Position numbers and translations under genes: made by a program. Shown piece by piece: positions 8,297 to 17,129 of a stretch of DNA of 64,000 bases. Source of the DNA: Myxococcota bacterium (lineage in GTDB: Bacteria > Myxococcota_A > UBA796 > UBA2385); NCBI GenBank assembly GCA_023150805.1, contig JAKLKF010000011.1, forward strand, positions 19,987 to 83,986, in the 5' to 3' direction. The first letter of the stretch is position 1. The number at the start of each line of letters is the position of its first letter. The notes under the pieces were generated by a model, which did not search any database, had not been told where the DNA came from, and was given only the letters and a program-made list of their open reading frames with translations.

Positions 8297-11229
8297 GCCC
8301 CCCGCGGCTCCAGGTCGGCGGTGCCCTGCGGGAGGGGGCGCTCTACGTGCGGCGCCCGGCGGACACCGACCTGCCCGCGCGCCTCCTCTCGGGAGCCTGG
8401 TGCGCGGTCCTGGCGCCGCGACAGATGGGCAAGTCCTCGCTGCGGGTCCGCGCGGGAGCCGCCCTGGCCGCCGCCGGGCGCCGCGTGCTGCACGTCGATC
8501 TCACGGCGGTCGGGACCGCCAGCCTGGGCGCCGCCGGCTGGCTCTCGGCCTTCGCGGGCGAGGTGGCCGACGAGGCCGGGCTCGATCCACCGCCCTCGGA
8601 TCGTCCGGGCGCCTCGCCGGAACAGGCGCTGCTGCGCTTCTTCGAGCGGGCCCTCCTCCCCGGCGGGCCGACCGTGCTCTTCCTGGACGAGATCGACGCC
8701 CTGCGCAGCCTGGGGCCCGCCGGCGACGCGTTGATGGCCGTGCTCCGTGTCGCCGCCGATCGGCGCGCCCAGGACCCCGCCTGGGGCCAGCTCACCGTCT
8801 GCCTGCTGGGCGCCGCCCCGCTGGCTCGCCTGCAGCGACAAGGTCCGCCGCTGTCCGCGGCCCATCCGGTGCGCCTCGCCGACTTCGGACCGGCCGAGGC
8901 CGCGCAGCTCCGCGCGGCACTGCCGGCCGTGCCTGTCGAACGCGTCCTGCACTGGAGCGGCGGCCACCCCTACCAGACCGCGCGGATCTGCGAGCACCTG
9001 CTCCGGGAGGGCGGAGAGGTGGACGAGGTCGTGCAAGGGCTCTTCCTGCGCGAGGGGCGGGCCCGCGAGGTGGGCCTCGCAGCGGCCGAGCGCGAGCTGT
9101 TGGACGGCGATCCCGCCGAGGGCGCCCGGCTGCGCCTGCTGGGCGCGCTGCACCGGGGCCCCCAGCCCCTGGCCGGCCTCGCGCCCGGGACCGCCGGCGA
9201 CCTGGTGCTGGCGGGCGTCGCCGCCGAGCGTGACGGCCACCTCGCCCTGCGCAGCCCCATCTTCGCGGGCACCTTCGACCTCGCCTGGGTGGCCGAGGCC
9301 CAGCGGCGGCGTCCGCTGGCCCTGCTGGTCGAGCGGTGGCGCGCGGGGGGGCGTCGAGGGATCGACCTGCTGCGCGGTCGGGCGCTGGACGAGGCGCGGG
9401 ACTGGGCCGGCGAGCGCACCGACCTGTCTCCCGACGAGGTGCGCTTCCTGGCGGCCAGCGAGGCGGCGGCCCGCGCGCGCGGGTGGGCGCGCCTGGCCGT
9501 GGGGGCGCTCCTGCTCGCGCTGGTCCTGGCCGGCGCCGGCCTGTTCGTGTTGCAGGCACAGGTGCGCAAGGCGGAGGAGGCCGCGGCCCGGGCCGAGCGC
9601 CTGCGCCAGGCCGCCGCCGCCGTCGCCATGGCCCCCCAGGCCGGACGCGCGCCCGAGGCCCTGGCCGTCGCGCTCTCCACCCTCGCCGAGGGGCCCGTGG
9701 GCACGGCCGCCCTCGCCGAGGTCCTGCGGCACGCCGCGGGCCTGCGCTGGCAGGCCCACGAAGGGCCGGTCGTGCAGGTCGGCTGCGATGGCCAGCAGGC
9801 GCACAGCCGCGGCGCGGACGGCCAGGTCCTTCGCTGGCGCCTGGTTGACGGCGCTGCCCTGGGACCGGGCCAGCTCCCGCCCCCGCCCGCGCCGCCGGCG
9901 TTGGAGATCCTGCCGCGGCGGGTCGCCGAGCTGGGGGGAGCCGCCCTCGCGCCGCCGGTGGACCGGGGCCAGCTCCAGCTCCAGGCCAGGACCGCCGGGG
10001 TCTCGGCAGAGGAGGCCGACCTGATGGTGGCGGTCGACCCGCTCGCCGACCGCGTCCTCCACGCGCTCTACGAGGGTCCGCTGCGTGTCACCACGCGGCA
10101 GGGCGCGCTGCTCGCCACCCTGCCGGGCCACCCGGGTGGTCCGGCGACCTGGGCCGCCTTCCTCCCCGAGGGGCTGCTCACCACCGGCGCCGACGACTCC
10201 TGGCGCCTGTGGGACCCCGGATCGGGCAGGTTGTTGGCGGGCGCGGCACTGGCGCCGAGGCCTCCCACCGACCTGGAGGTCTGCGGGCGCCGCCTGCTCG
10301 CCGGCCACGCCGACGGCACGCTCACGACCTGGGAGATGGTGGCGGGCGCCGGCCGCCTCGCGCTGCCTGGCGCCGCCCTGCGCGCGGGCTGGAGCGCCGA
10401 GGGCGACGCCGTCGTCACCATCGACGAGCAGGGGGCCTTCGCCGCCTGGGCCCGCGCGGACGGCGCCCCCGTCGCGCTGCCCTTGGACCACGCCCTCCGC
10501 GTGCCCGGCCGCATGGCCGCCGACGGCGACCTCCGCTTCGAGGTGGACCGGGACCGCGTCCAGGTCGGCGGCGTGCCGCTTCAGGGGCCGGCCACGCCCT
10601 TGTGGTGCGGCCGCCGGGCCCCTGGCGGCGATCGGGTCGCCATCGCCTGGGGCGAGGGCACCACGACGGTCTGGGAGCGTGCCACCGGCCGGCGCCTGGT
10701 GGACCTGCCTGCCGGGCCGGGCCGCGGCGCCTGCCCCGCCTGGTCGCCGGACGGGCAGTCCCTGGTGCTGGCGGGTCGGGACCACGTGGCCTGGCGGGTC
10801 GACGCCGACGGCGGGCAGCGGGTGGAGCTGCGGGGGCACGAGGGGCTGGTCTACGCCTCGGCCTGGTCTCCCGACGGGCAGGTCATCGCCACCGCCTCCT
10901 TCGATCACACCGCCGCCACCTGGGATCCCCAGGGCCGCCTCCTGCTGCGCCTTCGTGGTCCCGAGAGCCTGCTGCGCGCCCTCACCTTCTCCCCGGACGG
11001 CCAGCGCCTGGCTGCCGGCGGCGACGACGGCCAGGTCTACCTCTGGTCCCTCTCCGACGGCGCCCTGCTCGCGCGCCTCTCGGGCGTGCTGGGGGTCGTG
11101 CGGTCGCTCTCCTTCTCGCCCGACGGCCAGGAGCTGGTCGCGGTCGGGGACGCGCGGATCCCGGTGGTCTTCCCGGCCAGCGCCGACGCGCTGGAGCGGC
11201 TCGCGCGGCTCCGGGCAGGCCTGCGTTGA
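8293..11229 (+). CDS. AAA_35 STAND NTPase with transmembrane helix and C-terminal WD40 repeats (NLR-like)
   Basis: Likely start is GTG 8293 (GTGA overlap). YVRRPAD, Walker A APRQMGKSS, Walker B LFLDEID, WSGGHPYQT, a hydrophobic helix, and GH...WSPDG...WD repeats. Confidence 0.85.
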   Translation: MSPPRLQVGGALREGALYVRRPADTDLPARLLSGAWCAVLAPRQMGKSSLRVRAGAALAAAGRRVLHVDLTAVGTASLGAAGWLSAFAGEVADEAGLDPPPSDRPGASPEQALLRFFERALLPGGPTVLFLDEIDALRSLGPAGDALMAVLRVAADRRAQDPAWGQLTVCLLGAAPLARLQRQGPPLSAAHPVRLADFGPAEAAQLRAALPAVPVERVLHWSGGHPYQTARICEHLLREGGEVDEVVQGLFLREGRAREVGLAAAERELLDGDPAEGARLRLLGALHRGPQPLAGLAPGTAGDLVLAGVAAERDGHLALRSPIFAGTFDLAWVAEAQRRRPLALLVERWRAGGRRGIDLLRGRALDEARDWAGERTDLSPDEVRFLAASEAAARARGWARLAVGALLLALVLAGAGLFVLQAQVRKAEEAAARAERLRQAAAAVAMAPQAGRAPEALAVALSTLAEGPVGTAALAEVLRHAAGLRWQAHEGPVVQVGCDGQQAHSRGADGQVLRWRLVDGAALGPGQLPPPPAPPALEILPRRVAELGGAALAPPVDRGQLQLQARTAGVSAEEADLMVAVDPLADRVLHALYEGPLRVTTRQGALLATLPGHPGGPATWAAFLPEGLLTTGADDSWRLWDPGSGRLLAGAALAPRPPTDLEVCGRRLLAGHADGTLTTWEMVAGAGRLALPGAALRAGWSAEGDAVVTIDEQGAFAAWARADGAPVALPLDHALRVPGRMAADGDLRFEVDRDRVQVGGVPLQGPATPLWCGRRAPGGDRVAIAWGEGTTTVWERATGRRLVDLPAGPGRGACPAWSPDGQSLVLAGRDHVAWRVDADGGQRVELRGHEGLVYASAWSPDGQVIATASFDHTAATWDPQGRLLLRLRGPESLLRALTFSPDGQRLAAGGDDGQVYLWSLSDGALLARLSGVLGVVRSLSFSPDGQELVAVGDARIPVVFPASADALERLARLRAGLR

Positions 11230-11280
11230 GCCGCCGCGCTGCAGCCCGCTTCGTCCCCTCCCGCGCTACCCTGCCTGCCC

Positions 11281-11928
11281 ATGCGCACCTTTCTCCTCGC
11301 CGCCCTGTCCGCCCTGCTCCTCGCCTCCCCCCCGGCCCTGGCCCAGGAGGCGCCCGTGCTCACCGTCGGCCAGCCCGTCGTGCTGGGCCCGCTGGACGCC
11401 GCCGTCGTGCAGGCCGGCGTGGCCCAGCGGCTCAAGGCCGTCGAGCGCTGCTACAGCCCCGCCCTGGCCACCAGCCCCGGCCTGTACGGCCACGTCCGCG
11501 TGCGCCTGGCCATCGGCGCCGACGGCCAGGTCGCCTCCGCCTCCCTGGTCGACCAGACCCTGGGCGACGAGACCGTCGCGACCTGCATCGCCGGCGTGCT
11601 CCAGGTCGTGCCCCTCGCCGCGGGCCCCGCCGGCAGCGAGGCCGTCGCCACCGTGCCCCTGCTGCTCACGCCGGCCCCCGTCATCGTGCCGCGCAGCAAG
11701 CTGGAGGAGCGCCTGCGCGCCTGCGCCCCCGCCGCCGTGGGCGACGCCAGCACCCGCACCGTCCTGGCCCGCATCGACGTCGACGGGGGCCGCGCCACCG
11801 CCGTCGAGGTCAAGCGCCTGGCCCTGGTGGACGAGACCGCCCTGGCCTGCGTGACCCAGGCCCTGCAGCTCGGCCCGCACCGCATGGGCACGGGGAGCCG
11901 GTGGTACCAGTGGGACCTGCCGGAGTAG
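11281..11928 (+). CDS. Exported protein with AgmX/PglI C-terminal (TonB-C-like) domains
   Basis: Signal peptide. VERCYSPALATSPGLYGHVRVRLAIGADGQV ... TCIAGVL resembles myxobacterial AgmX/PglI C-terminal domains. Confidence 0.7.
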   Translation: MRTFLLAALSALLLASPPALAQEAPVLTVGQPVVLGPLDAAVVQAGVAQRLKAVERCYSPALATSPGLYGHVRVRLAIGADGQVASASLVDQTLGDETVATCIAGVLQVVPLAAGPAGSEAVATVPLLLTPAPVIVPRSKLEERLRACAPAAVGDASTRTVLARIDVDGGRATAVEVKRLALVDETALACVTQALQLGPHRMGTGSRWYQWDLPE

Positions 11929-11986
11929 GCGGGGGGGCGACCGCGGCGAGGGGGTCAGCTGGATCCTCGACCGGACTCGCCTTGGT

Positions 11987-14900
11987 ATGCTCCCCCGCCA
12001 GCCATCGGGGTCCCTGTTGTCACTTCCAGAGCCGGGCCAGATCGTCCGCGTTCGTTCCCGCCAGTACCTCGTCGAAGAGGTCTCCCCTGGCGGCGCGCCC
12101 GAATTCGACTCCCGCGTCCGCCTCTCCTGCGTCGACGACGACGCGCAGGGCGACGAGCTGGAGGTCCTGTGGGAGCGTGAGGTCGACGCCGAGCTGCGGG
12201 TCGCCACCTGGCAGGCCGCGCTGCACAAGGGCTTCGACGACCCCAAGCTGTTCAGCGCCTGGCTGCACACCCTCCGCTGGAACTGCGTCACCAGCACGCG
12301 CCCCGACCTGTTCCAAGCCCCCTGGCGCGCCGGCATCGAGGTCAAGGCCTTCCAGCTCGAGCCGCTGCGCAAGGCGCTGCGCCTGCCCCGGGTGAACCTG
12401 TTCATCGCAGACGACGTGGGCCTGGGGAAGACTATCGAAGCCGGCCTCATCCTTCGTGAGCTGTTGATGCGCCAGAAGGTGCGGCGCGTCGTGATCTGCG
12501 TGCCCCCCTCCGTCTCGCTTCAGTGGCGCGACGAGATGGAGAGCCGCTTCGGGCTCGGCTTCGTCGTGCTGGACCGCGAGTACCTGGCCACCTGCCGCCG
12601 CGAGCGAGGCTTCGGCGTGAACCCGTGGACCACCCACACCCGGTTCATCCTCTCGCACGCCCTGCTCCGTGACGAGGCCTACGCGGGCACCCTGCGCGAG
12701 TGGCTCGGCAAGGTCATCCCCGCGCCAGGCACGCTGCTCATCCTGGACGAGGCGCACAACGCCGCACCGGCCAGCGGCGCCCGCTACGCCGTGGACTCCC
12801 GCTTCACCGAGGCCGTCCGCGACATCGCCAAGCGCTTCGAGCACCGGCTGTTCCTGTCGGCCACCCCCCACAACGGGCACAGCAACAGCTTCGCCGCCCT
12901 GCTCGAGATCCTCGACCCGCAGCGATTCTGCCGCGGGGTCAAGACCGGCCCCGCGCTCACCGAGCCGGTGATGGTGCGCCGCCTCAAGGACGACCTGCGC
13001 GAGGTCGAGGGGGGCTTCCCCCGACGCGACGTGGTTCGGGTGGTGCTGGACCGCCTGCCCGCCGATGCGGCCGAGCTGGTCCTGTCCCGCCTGCTCGCCG
13101 AGTACCGAACCGCCCGCGAGCAGCGCCTGGCCGGCCTGCCCCGTGGCCAGGTCAATGCCGCCATGCTGGTGCTCATCTCGCTCCAGAAGCGCCTGCTGTC
13201 CTCGGTCGACGCCTTCGCCCGCACCCTGCGCGCCCACCGGAACCGCTCCGCCCTGGCGCCCACCCCCGCTCCCGCCCCGGTCGCCGCGCAGGCCTCCTTG
13301 ATCCTGTCGGGAGTCACCAGCGACGACGACCGCGCCGAGCTGTCCGAGGACGAGGTGGACGCCGAGGAGGAGGCCGAGGTCGAGCGCGCCACCGCGGCCA
13401 CAGGGCTCGACCTGCCCGCCCGCGAGCGGGAGCTGCTGGCCCGCATGTCCGCGATCGCCGAGGAGGCCCGCCACCAGGCCGACGCCAAGGTCCGCTGGCT
13501 GCACGACTGGGTCCGGCGCGAGATGTTCGACGGTGGCGCCTGGAACGGACGGCGTGTGGTCGTCTTCACCGAGTACGCCGACACCCGGCGCTACCTGGTC
13601 ACGCAGCTCGAAACCCTGCTCGGTGAGGCAGCTCGCGGGCGCATCCTGACCTTCCACGGGGGCATGAACGAGGCCGCGCGAGAGGACGTGAAGCGCGCCT
13701 TCAACACCAGCCCCGCCGAACACCCCGTCCGCATCCTGGTCGCCACCGACGCCGCCCGCGAGGGTGTGAACCTCCAGAACCACTGCGCCGACCTGGTGCA
13801 CTTCGACGTGCCCTGGAACCCCAGCCGGATGGAGCAGCGCAACGGCCGCATCGACCGCAAGCTCCAGCGGGCCGAGGTGGTGCGTTGCCACTACTTCGTC
13901 ATGCCGCAGCGGGCCGAGGACCGCGTGCTGGACGTGCTCGCCGACAAGACCCGGACCATCCGCGAGGAGCTGGGCGTCTACCCGCCGCTGCTGGACGGCC
14001 TGGTGGAGAAGGCCCTGGCCCAGGGCATTCGCCACTCCGACACGGAGCGTCTCGCGGACGATATCCGGGGCCTGCGCCCCCCCCGGACCGCCGTCGACGA
14101 AGAGCTGGAGTCTGTTCGCGTGCGACGCAACGGCCTGCACGCGCAGCTCCAGGAGCTTCGGGGCCTGCTCGACCTGTCCAAGGAGTGGCTCGGGCTCGAC
14201 GACGACGCCTTCCGGGACGCGGTCTCGGCCTCGCTTCGGGTGCTGCAGGTCCCCGCGTTGCGCCCGATGGACACCTCTCGGGTGGCCGACGACCCGGCGC
14301 GCACCCCCTGGGAGTTCCCGGCGCTCGACCGCACCGCGGCCGGCCACGGCTGGGCCGACACGCTCGACGCCCTGCGCGTGCCTCGCCGCCGCGACCAGCG
14401 CCTGGCCGACTGGCGCCGTGACGCGCCGCTGCGCCCCATCGTGTTCCGCGACCCGGGCAGCCTGGACGGCAAGGTCGTCCACCTGCACCTGGAGCACCGC
14501 GTCGTGCAGCGCCTGCTCGGGCGCTTCATGTCCCAGGGCTTCGTCCACGACGACCTGTCGCGCGCCGCCGTCGTGCTGTCCGACGAACCCTCACCCTACG
14601 TGCTCGTGCTGGGGCGCCTGTCGCTCTACGGCGACCACGCCGCGCGCCTGCACGACGAGCTGCTGATCGCCGCCGCAGAGTGGGTCGAGCCCGAGCTGCG
14701 CGCGCGCAAGCTCCGACCGATGGGCGAGGAGGACCGCCGACAGACCCTGGCCCTGCTGGAGCGCTCGCTCCTGCACGCCCGCCCCGTCCCCCCGGGGGTG
14801 AGCGCCCGCCTGGCCGAGATCGCCCCCCGCGACGTCGCCGAGCTGGAGGGCCACCTCCGCCGCCGTGCGGAGACCCGCGCCAACGCCGCCGTCCGCGAGC

Positions 14901-15202
14901 TGGGCAAGCGCGCCGAGGCCGAGGCCAGGGACATGGTCGGCATCCTGCGCGAGCAGCGCAAGCACATCGAGGCCACCCTGGCCGACTGGCGCAGCAAGGA
15001 GCAGGAGCGGCAGACCTTCTTCGACTTCCCCGAGGCGGAGCGCCGCCAGGTCGCCGCCGACAAGCGCTACCAGGAGCAGCGCCTCAGGGACATCGACGCC
15101 GAGCTGTCCACCGAGCCCGAGCGCATCCGGCGGACCTACACGGTCAAGGCGCGGCGCGTCGAGCCGGTGGGCATCGTGTACCTCTGGCCCCGGACGGGGT
15201 AG
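11987..15202 (+). CDS. drmD: DISARM SNF2-like helicase DrmD
   Basis: ADDVGLGKT, LILDEAHN, SATPHNG, ATDAAREGVNLQ and WNPSRMEQRNGRIDR. First gene of a drmD-drmMI-drmA-drmB-drmC series. The start could be TTG 12017. Confidence 0.85.
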   Translation: MLPRQPSGSLLSLPEPGQIVRVRSRQYLVEEVSPGGAPEFDSRVRLSCVDDDAQGDELEVLWEREVDAELRVATWQAALHKGFDDPKLFSAWLHTLRWNCVTSTRPDLFQAPWRAGIEVKAFQLEPLRKALRLPRVNLFIADDVGLGKTIEAGLILRELLMRQKVRRVVICVPPSVSLQWRDEMESRFGLGFVVLDREYLATCRRERGFGVNPWTTHTRFILSHALLRDEAYAGTLREWLGKVIPAPGTLLILDEAHNAAPASGARYAVDSRFTEAVRDIAKRFEHRLFLSATPHNGHSNSFAALLEILDPQRFCRGVKTGPALTEPVMVRRLKDDLREVEGGFPRRDVVRVVLDRLPADAAELVLSRLLAEYRTAREQRLAGLPRGQVNAAMLVLISLQKRLLSSVDAFARTLRAHRNRSALAPTPAPAPVAAQASLILSGVTSDDDRAELSEDEVDAEEEAEVERATAATGLDLPARERELLARMSAIAEEARHQADAKVRWLHDWVRREMFDGGAWNGRRVVVFTEYADTRRYLVTQLETLLGEAARGRILTFHGGMNEAAREDVKRAFNTSPAEHPVRILVATDAAREGVNLQNHCADLVHFDVPWNPSRMEQRNGRIDRKLQRAEVVRCHYFVMPQRAEDRVLDVLADKTRTIREELGVYPPLLDGLVEKALAQGIRHSDTERLADDIRGLRPPRTAVDEELESVRVRRNGLHAQLQELRGLLDLSKEWLGLDDDAFRDAVSASLRVLQVPALRPMDTSRVADDPARTPWEFPALDRTAAGHGWADTLDALRVPRRRDQRLADWRRDAPLRPIVFRDPGSLDGKVVHLHLEHRVVQRLLGRFMSQGFVHDDLSRAAVVLSDEPSPYVLVLGRLSLYGDHAARLHDELLIAAAEWVEPELRARKLRPMGEEDRRQTLALLERSLLHARPVPPGVSARLAEIAPRDVAELEGHLRRRAETRANAAVRELGKRAEAEARDMVGILREQRKHIEATLADWRSKEQERQTFFDFPEAERRQVAADKRYQEQRLRDIDAELSTEPERIRRTYTVKARRVEPVGIVYLWPRTG

Positions 15203-15210
15203 GGACACCC

Positions 15211-16317
15211 ATGCTGAAGACCGTCCACTTCCAGTCCATCAAGGCCCTCCAGGACGTCCGCCTGGACCTGGCCCCCCTGACCTTCCTGGTGGGGCCCAAC
15301 GGCTGCGGGAAGAGCACCCTGCTGGACCAGATCGAGGTCCTCTGCGGGTGTAGCCACCACGATCCCGGGTCTCGGCATGCGCTCGGCCGCGCCGGTGAGG
15401 TCCTCAGCGCGGTCGACCCACCATCGCTTCGGACCGAAGGCGACAGCGACGGATCGATGAGCTGGCAGGGGCAGGACAGCTCGGGCGCCACCTTCTCCAT
15501 CGAGTGCCCTGCGGGACCCGCGAAGGGCTGGTATGACAGGGTGAAGCTCGTCGCGAGTGCGGACGGGCGCGCGCTGGCCATGGATGTCAATGAGCTACGG
15601 CAGGAGAAGCGAGCGGAGTTCGATGATCTCCTGTCTTCCCACTTGTCGTGGTGGTCCCAGCGGCTGCGACTGATCCCCCAGTACATCGCCGCTCCGGTGG
15701 ACGTTCGGGAGGAGAGGCTCGATCCCAGCGGCTACGGCCTGGCCTCCATCCTGACCGCATTCGCTTTGAACGACCAGCAGGCCTACGCCGCCCTCCAGGC
15801 CGACATGGCAGCCATCGTGCCCGAGTTCCAGCGCATTCACATCTCGAAGGTCGAGATCGAGGGCAAGGACAAGGTGAAGCACGGCGGCGTCTCGCTTGGC
15901 ATGGTCTTTCGGGGTGCCGGACGTCGCCCCGCGAGCCAGATCAGCGATGGCACCCTCGTCGCCCTGGCGCTGCTCACCGCCACCCACAACCGGGAGATGC
16001 CGCCCCTGGTGCTCATGGACGACATCGACCATGGCCTGCACCTCGGCGCGCAGATGACCCTCATCCGAGCGATCCGCAAGGTCATGGAGGTCCGCCCCGA
16101 TCTGCAGGTGGTGTGCACCACCCACTCGCCCTACCTGTTGGATGCGGCGAAGCCGGATGAGGTACGGGTCATGGCGCTCGACGCCAACGGCCACACCGTG
16201 GTCCGCCCACTCACCGCCTACCCCGACTTCGAGCGCCACCATCGCGGGCTCCAGACCGGCGAGTTCTGGGCGACCTTTGGGGAAGGCTGGGTCGCAGACA
16301 CGGGGGGCGTAGCGTGA
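15211..16317 (+). CDS. ABC-type (AAA_21-like) ATPase, cargo inside DISARM
   Basis: ATG 15211. Walker A GPNGCGKST, signature-like ISDGT, Walker B LMDDIDHGLH, H-loop TTHSPY. Confidence 0.85.
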   Translation: MLKTVHFQSIKALQDVRLDLAPLTFLVGPNGCGKSTLLDQIEVLCGCSHHDPGSRHALGRAGEVLSAVDPPSLRTEGDSDGSMSWQGQDSSGATFSIECPAGPAKGWYDRVKLVASADGRALAMDVNELRQEKRAEFDDLLSSHLSWWSQRLRLIPQYIAAPVDVREERLDPSGYGLASILTAFALNDQQAYAALQADMAAIVPEFQRIHISKVEIEGKDKVKHGGVSLGMVFRGAGRRPASQISDGTLVALALLTATHNREMPPLVLMDDIDHGLHLGAQMTLIRAIRKVMEVRPDLQVVCTTHSPYLLDAAKPDEVRVMALDANGHTVVRPLTAYPDFERHHRGLQTGEFWATFGEGWVADTGGVA

Positions 16318-17129
16318 GTGAAGGGGGGGTGCCGGTCTACGTCGTGGGGGAGGACCAGGTCCACAGGGCGCTCGGGATGGCCCTGGTGGACGCGGTGATC
16401 TCGAAGCTCGCGCACGACCGCGACGCCGACTGGGTCGATCCGGACACCGTCCGGCGCTGGTCGGCCCTGGCCGAGCCGCCGGGCATCGCCGAGAACCGCC
16501 GCTGGGGCAACATCAACGGTCCGTCCACGATCCGCCTGCACGGGCGCCTCGACGGCGCTCCGTACCTCCCGGGCGCTCGCCAGCTCCGAAGCGCCGTCGT
16601 CGAGCACGCGCGGGCCGAGCGCTCGCCGGGCCTGCTGGTGCTCCTGCGCGACACGGACGGGGATCCCGAGATCGCCCGCGGCGCACAGCAGGTGCGCGAC
16701 TGGATCGACAGTCGCCACGATCTCCCCCCAACGGCCAGCGGCTGCCCCCACCGCGACGCCGAGGCCTGGTTCTTCGCCGCAAGTGGCCTGACCGGTGAGG
16801 AAGCGCAGCGACTCGACCAGGCCTGCAAGGTGCTGAGCTTCGACCCGACCCGCCAGCCCGAGCGGCTCACCTCCAGCCCCAACGACGCCCGGACCGATGC
16901 CAAGCGCGTCGTCCGGTTCGTCCTCCTGGCCGAGGGAAGCAAGCTGGCGAAGGGGACCCCGGCCAGCCGGCCCCCGTCGCCCGACCAGGCGGACGCCCTG
17001 GCCGAGCGGGTGGCATCCGACCTCGACCAACTGGCGTCATACGACGACTGTGGCCTTGCACCCTTCGTCGACGGCCTGGAGAAGGCCCTTGTCGTCGCCC
17101 TCGACAGCCACCTCCCGCGGGCACCATGA
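16314..17129 (+). CDS. TOPRIM-like putative nuclease (DUF4276/RloB/AriB-like), partner of the upstream ATPase
   Basis: YVVGEDQ (TOPRIM Glu), LLRDTDGD (DxD) and DAEAWF. 4-bp overlaps on both sides. Confidence 0.55.
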   Translation: MSEGGVPVYVVGEDQVHRALGMALVDAVISKLAHDRDADWVDPDTVRRWSALAEPPGIAENRRWGNINGPSTIRLHGRLDGAPYLPGARQLRSAVVEHARAERSPGLLVLLRDTDGDPEIARGAQQVRDWIDSRHDLPPTASGCPHRDAEAWFFAASGLTGEEAQRLDQACKVLSFDPTRQPERLTSSPNDARTDAKRVVRFVLLAEGSKLAKGTPASRPPSPDQADALAERVASDLDQLASYDDCGLAPFVDGLEKALVVALDSHLPRAP

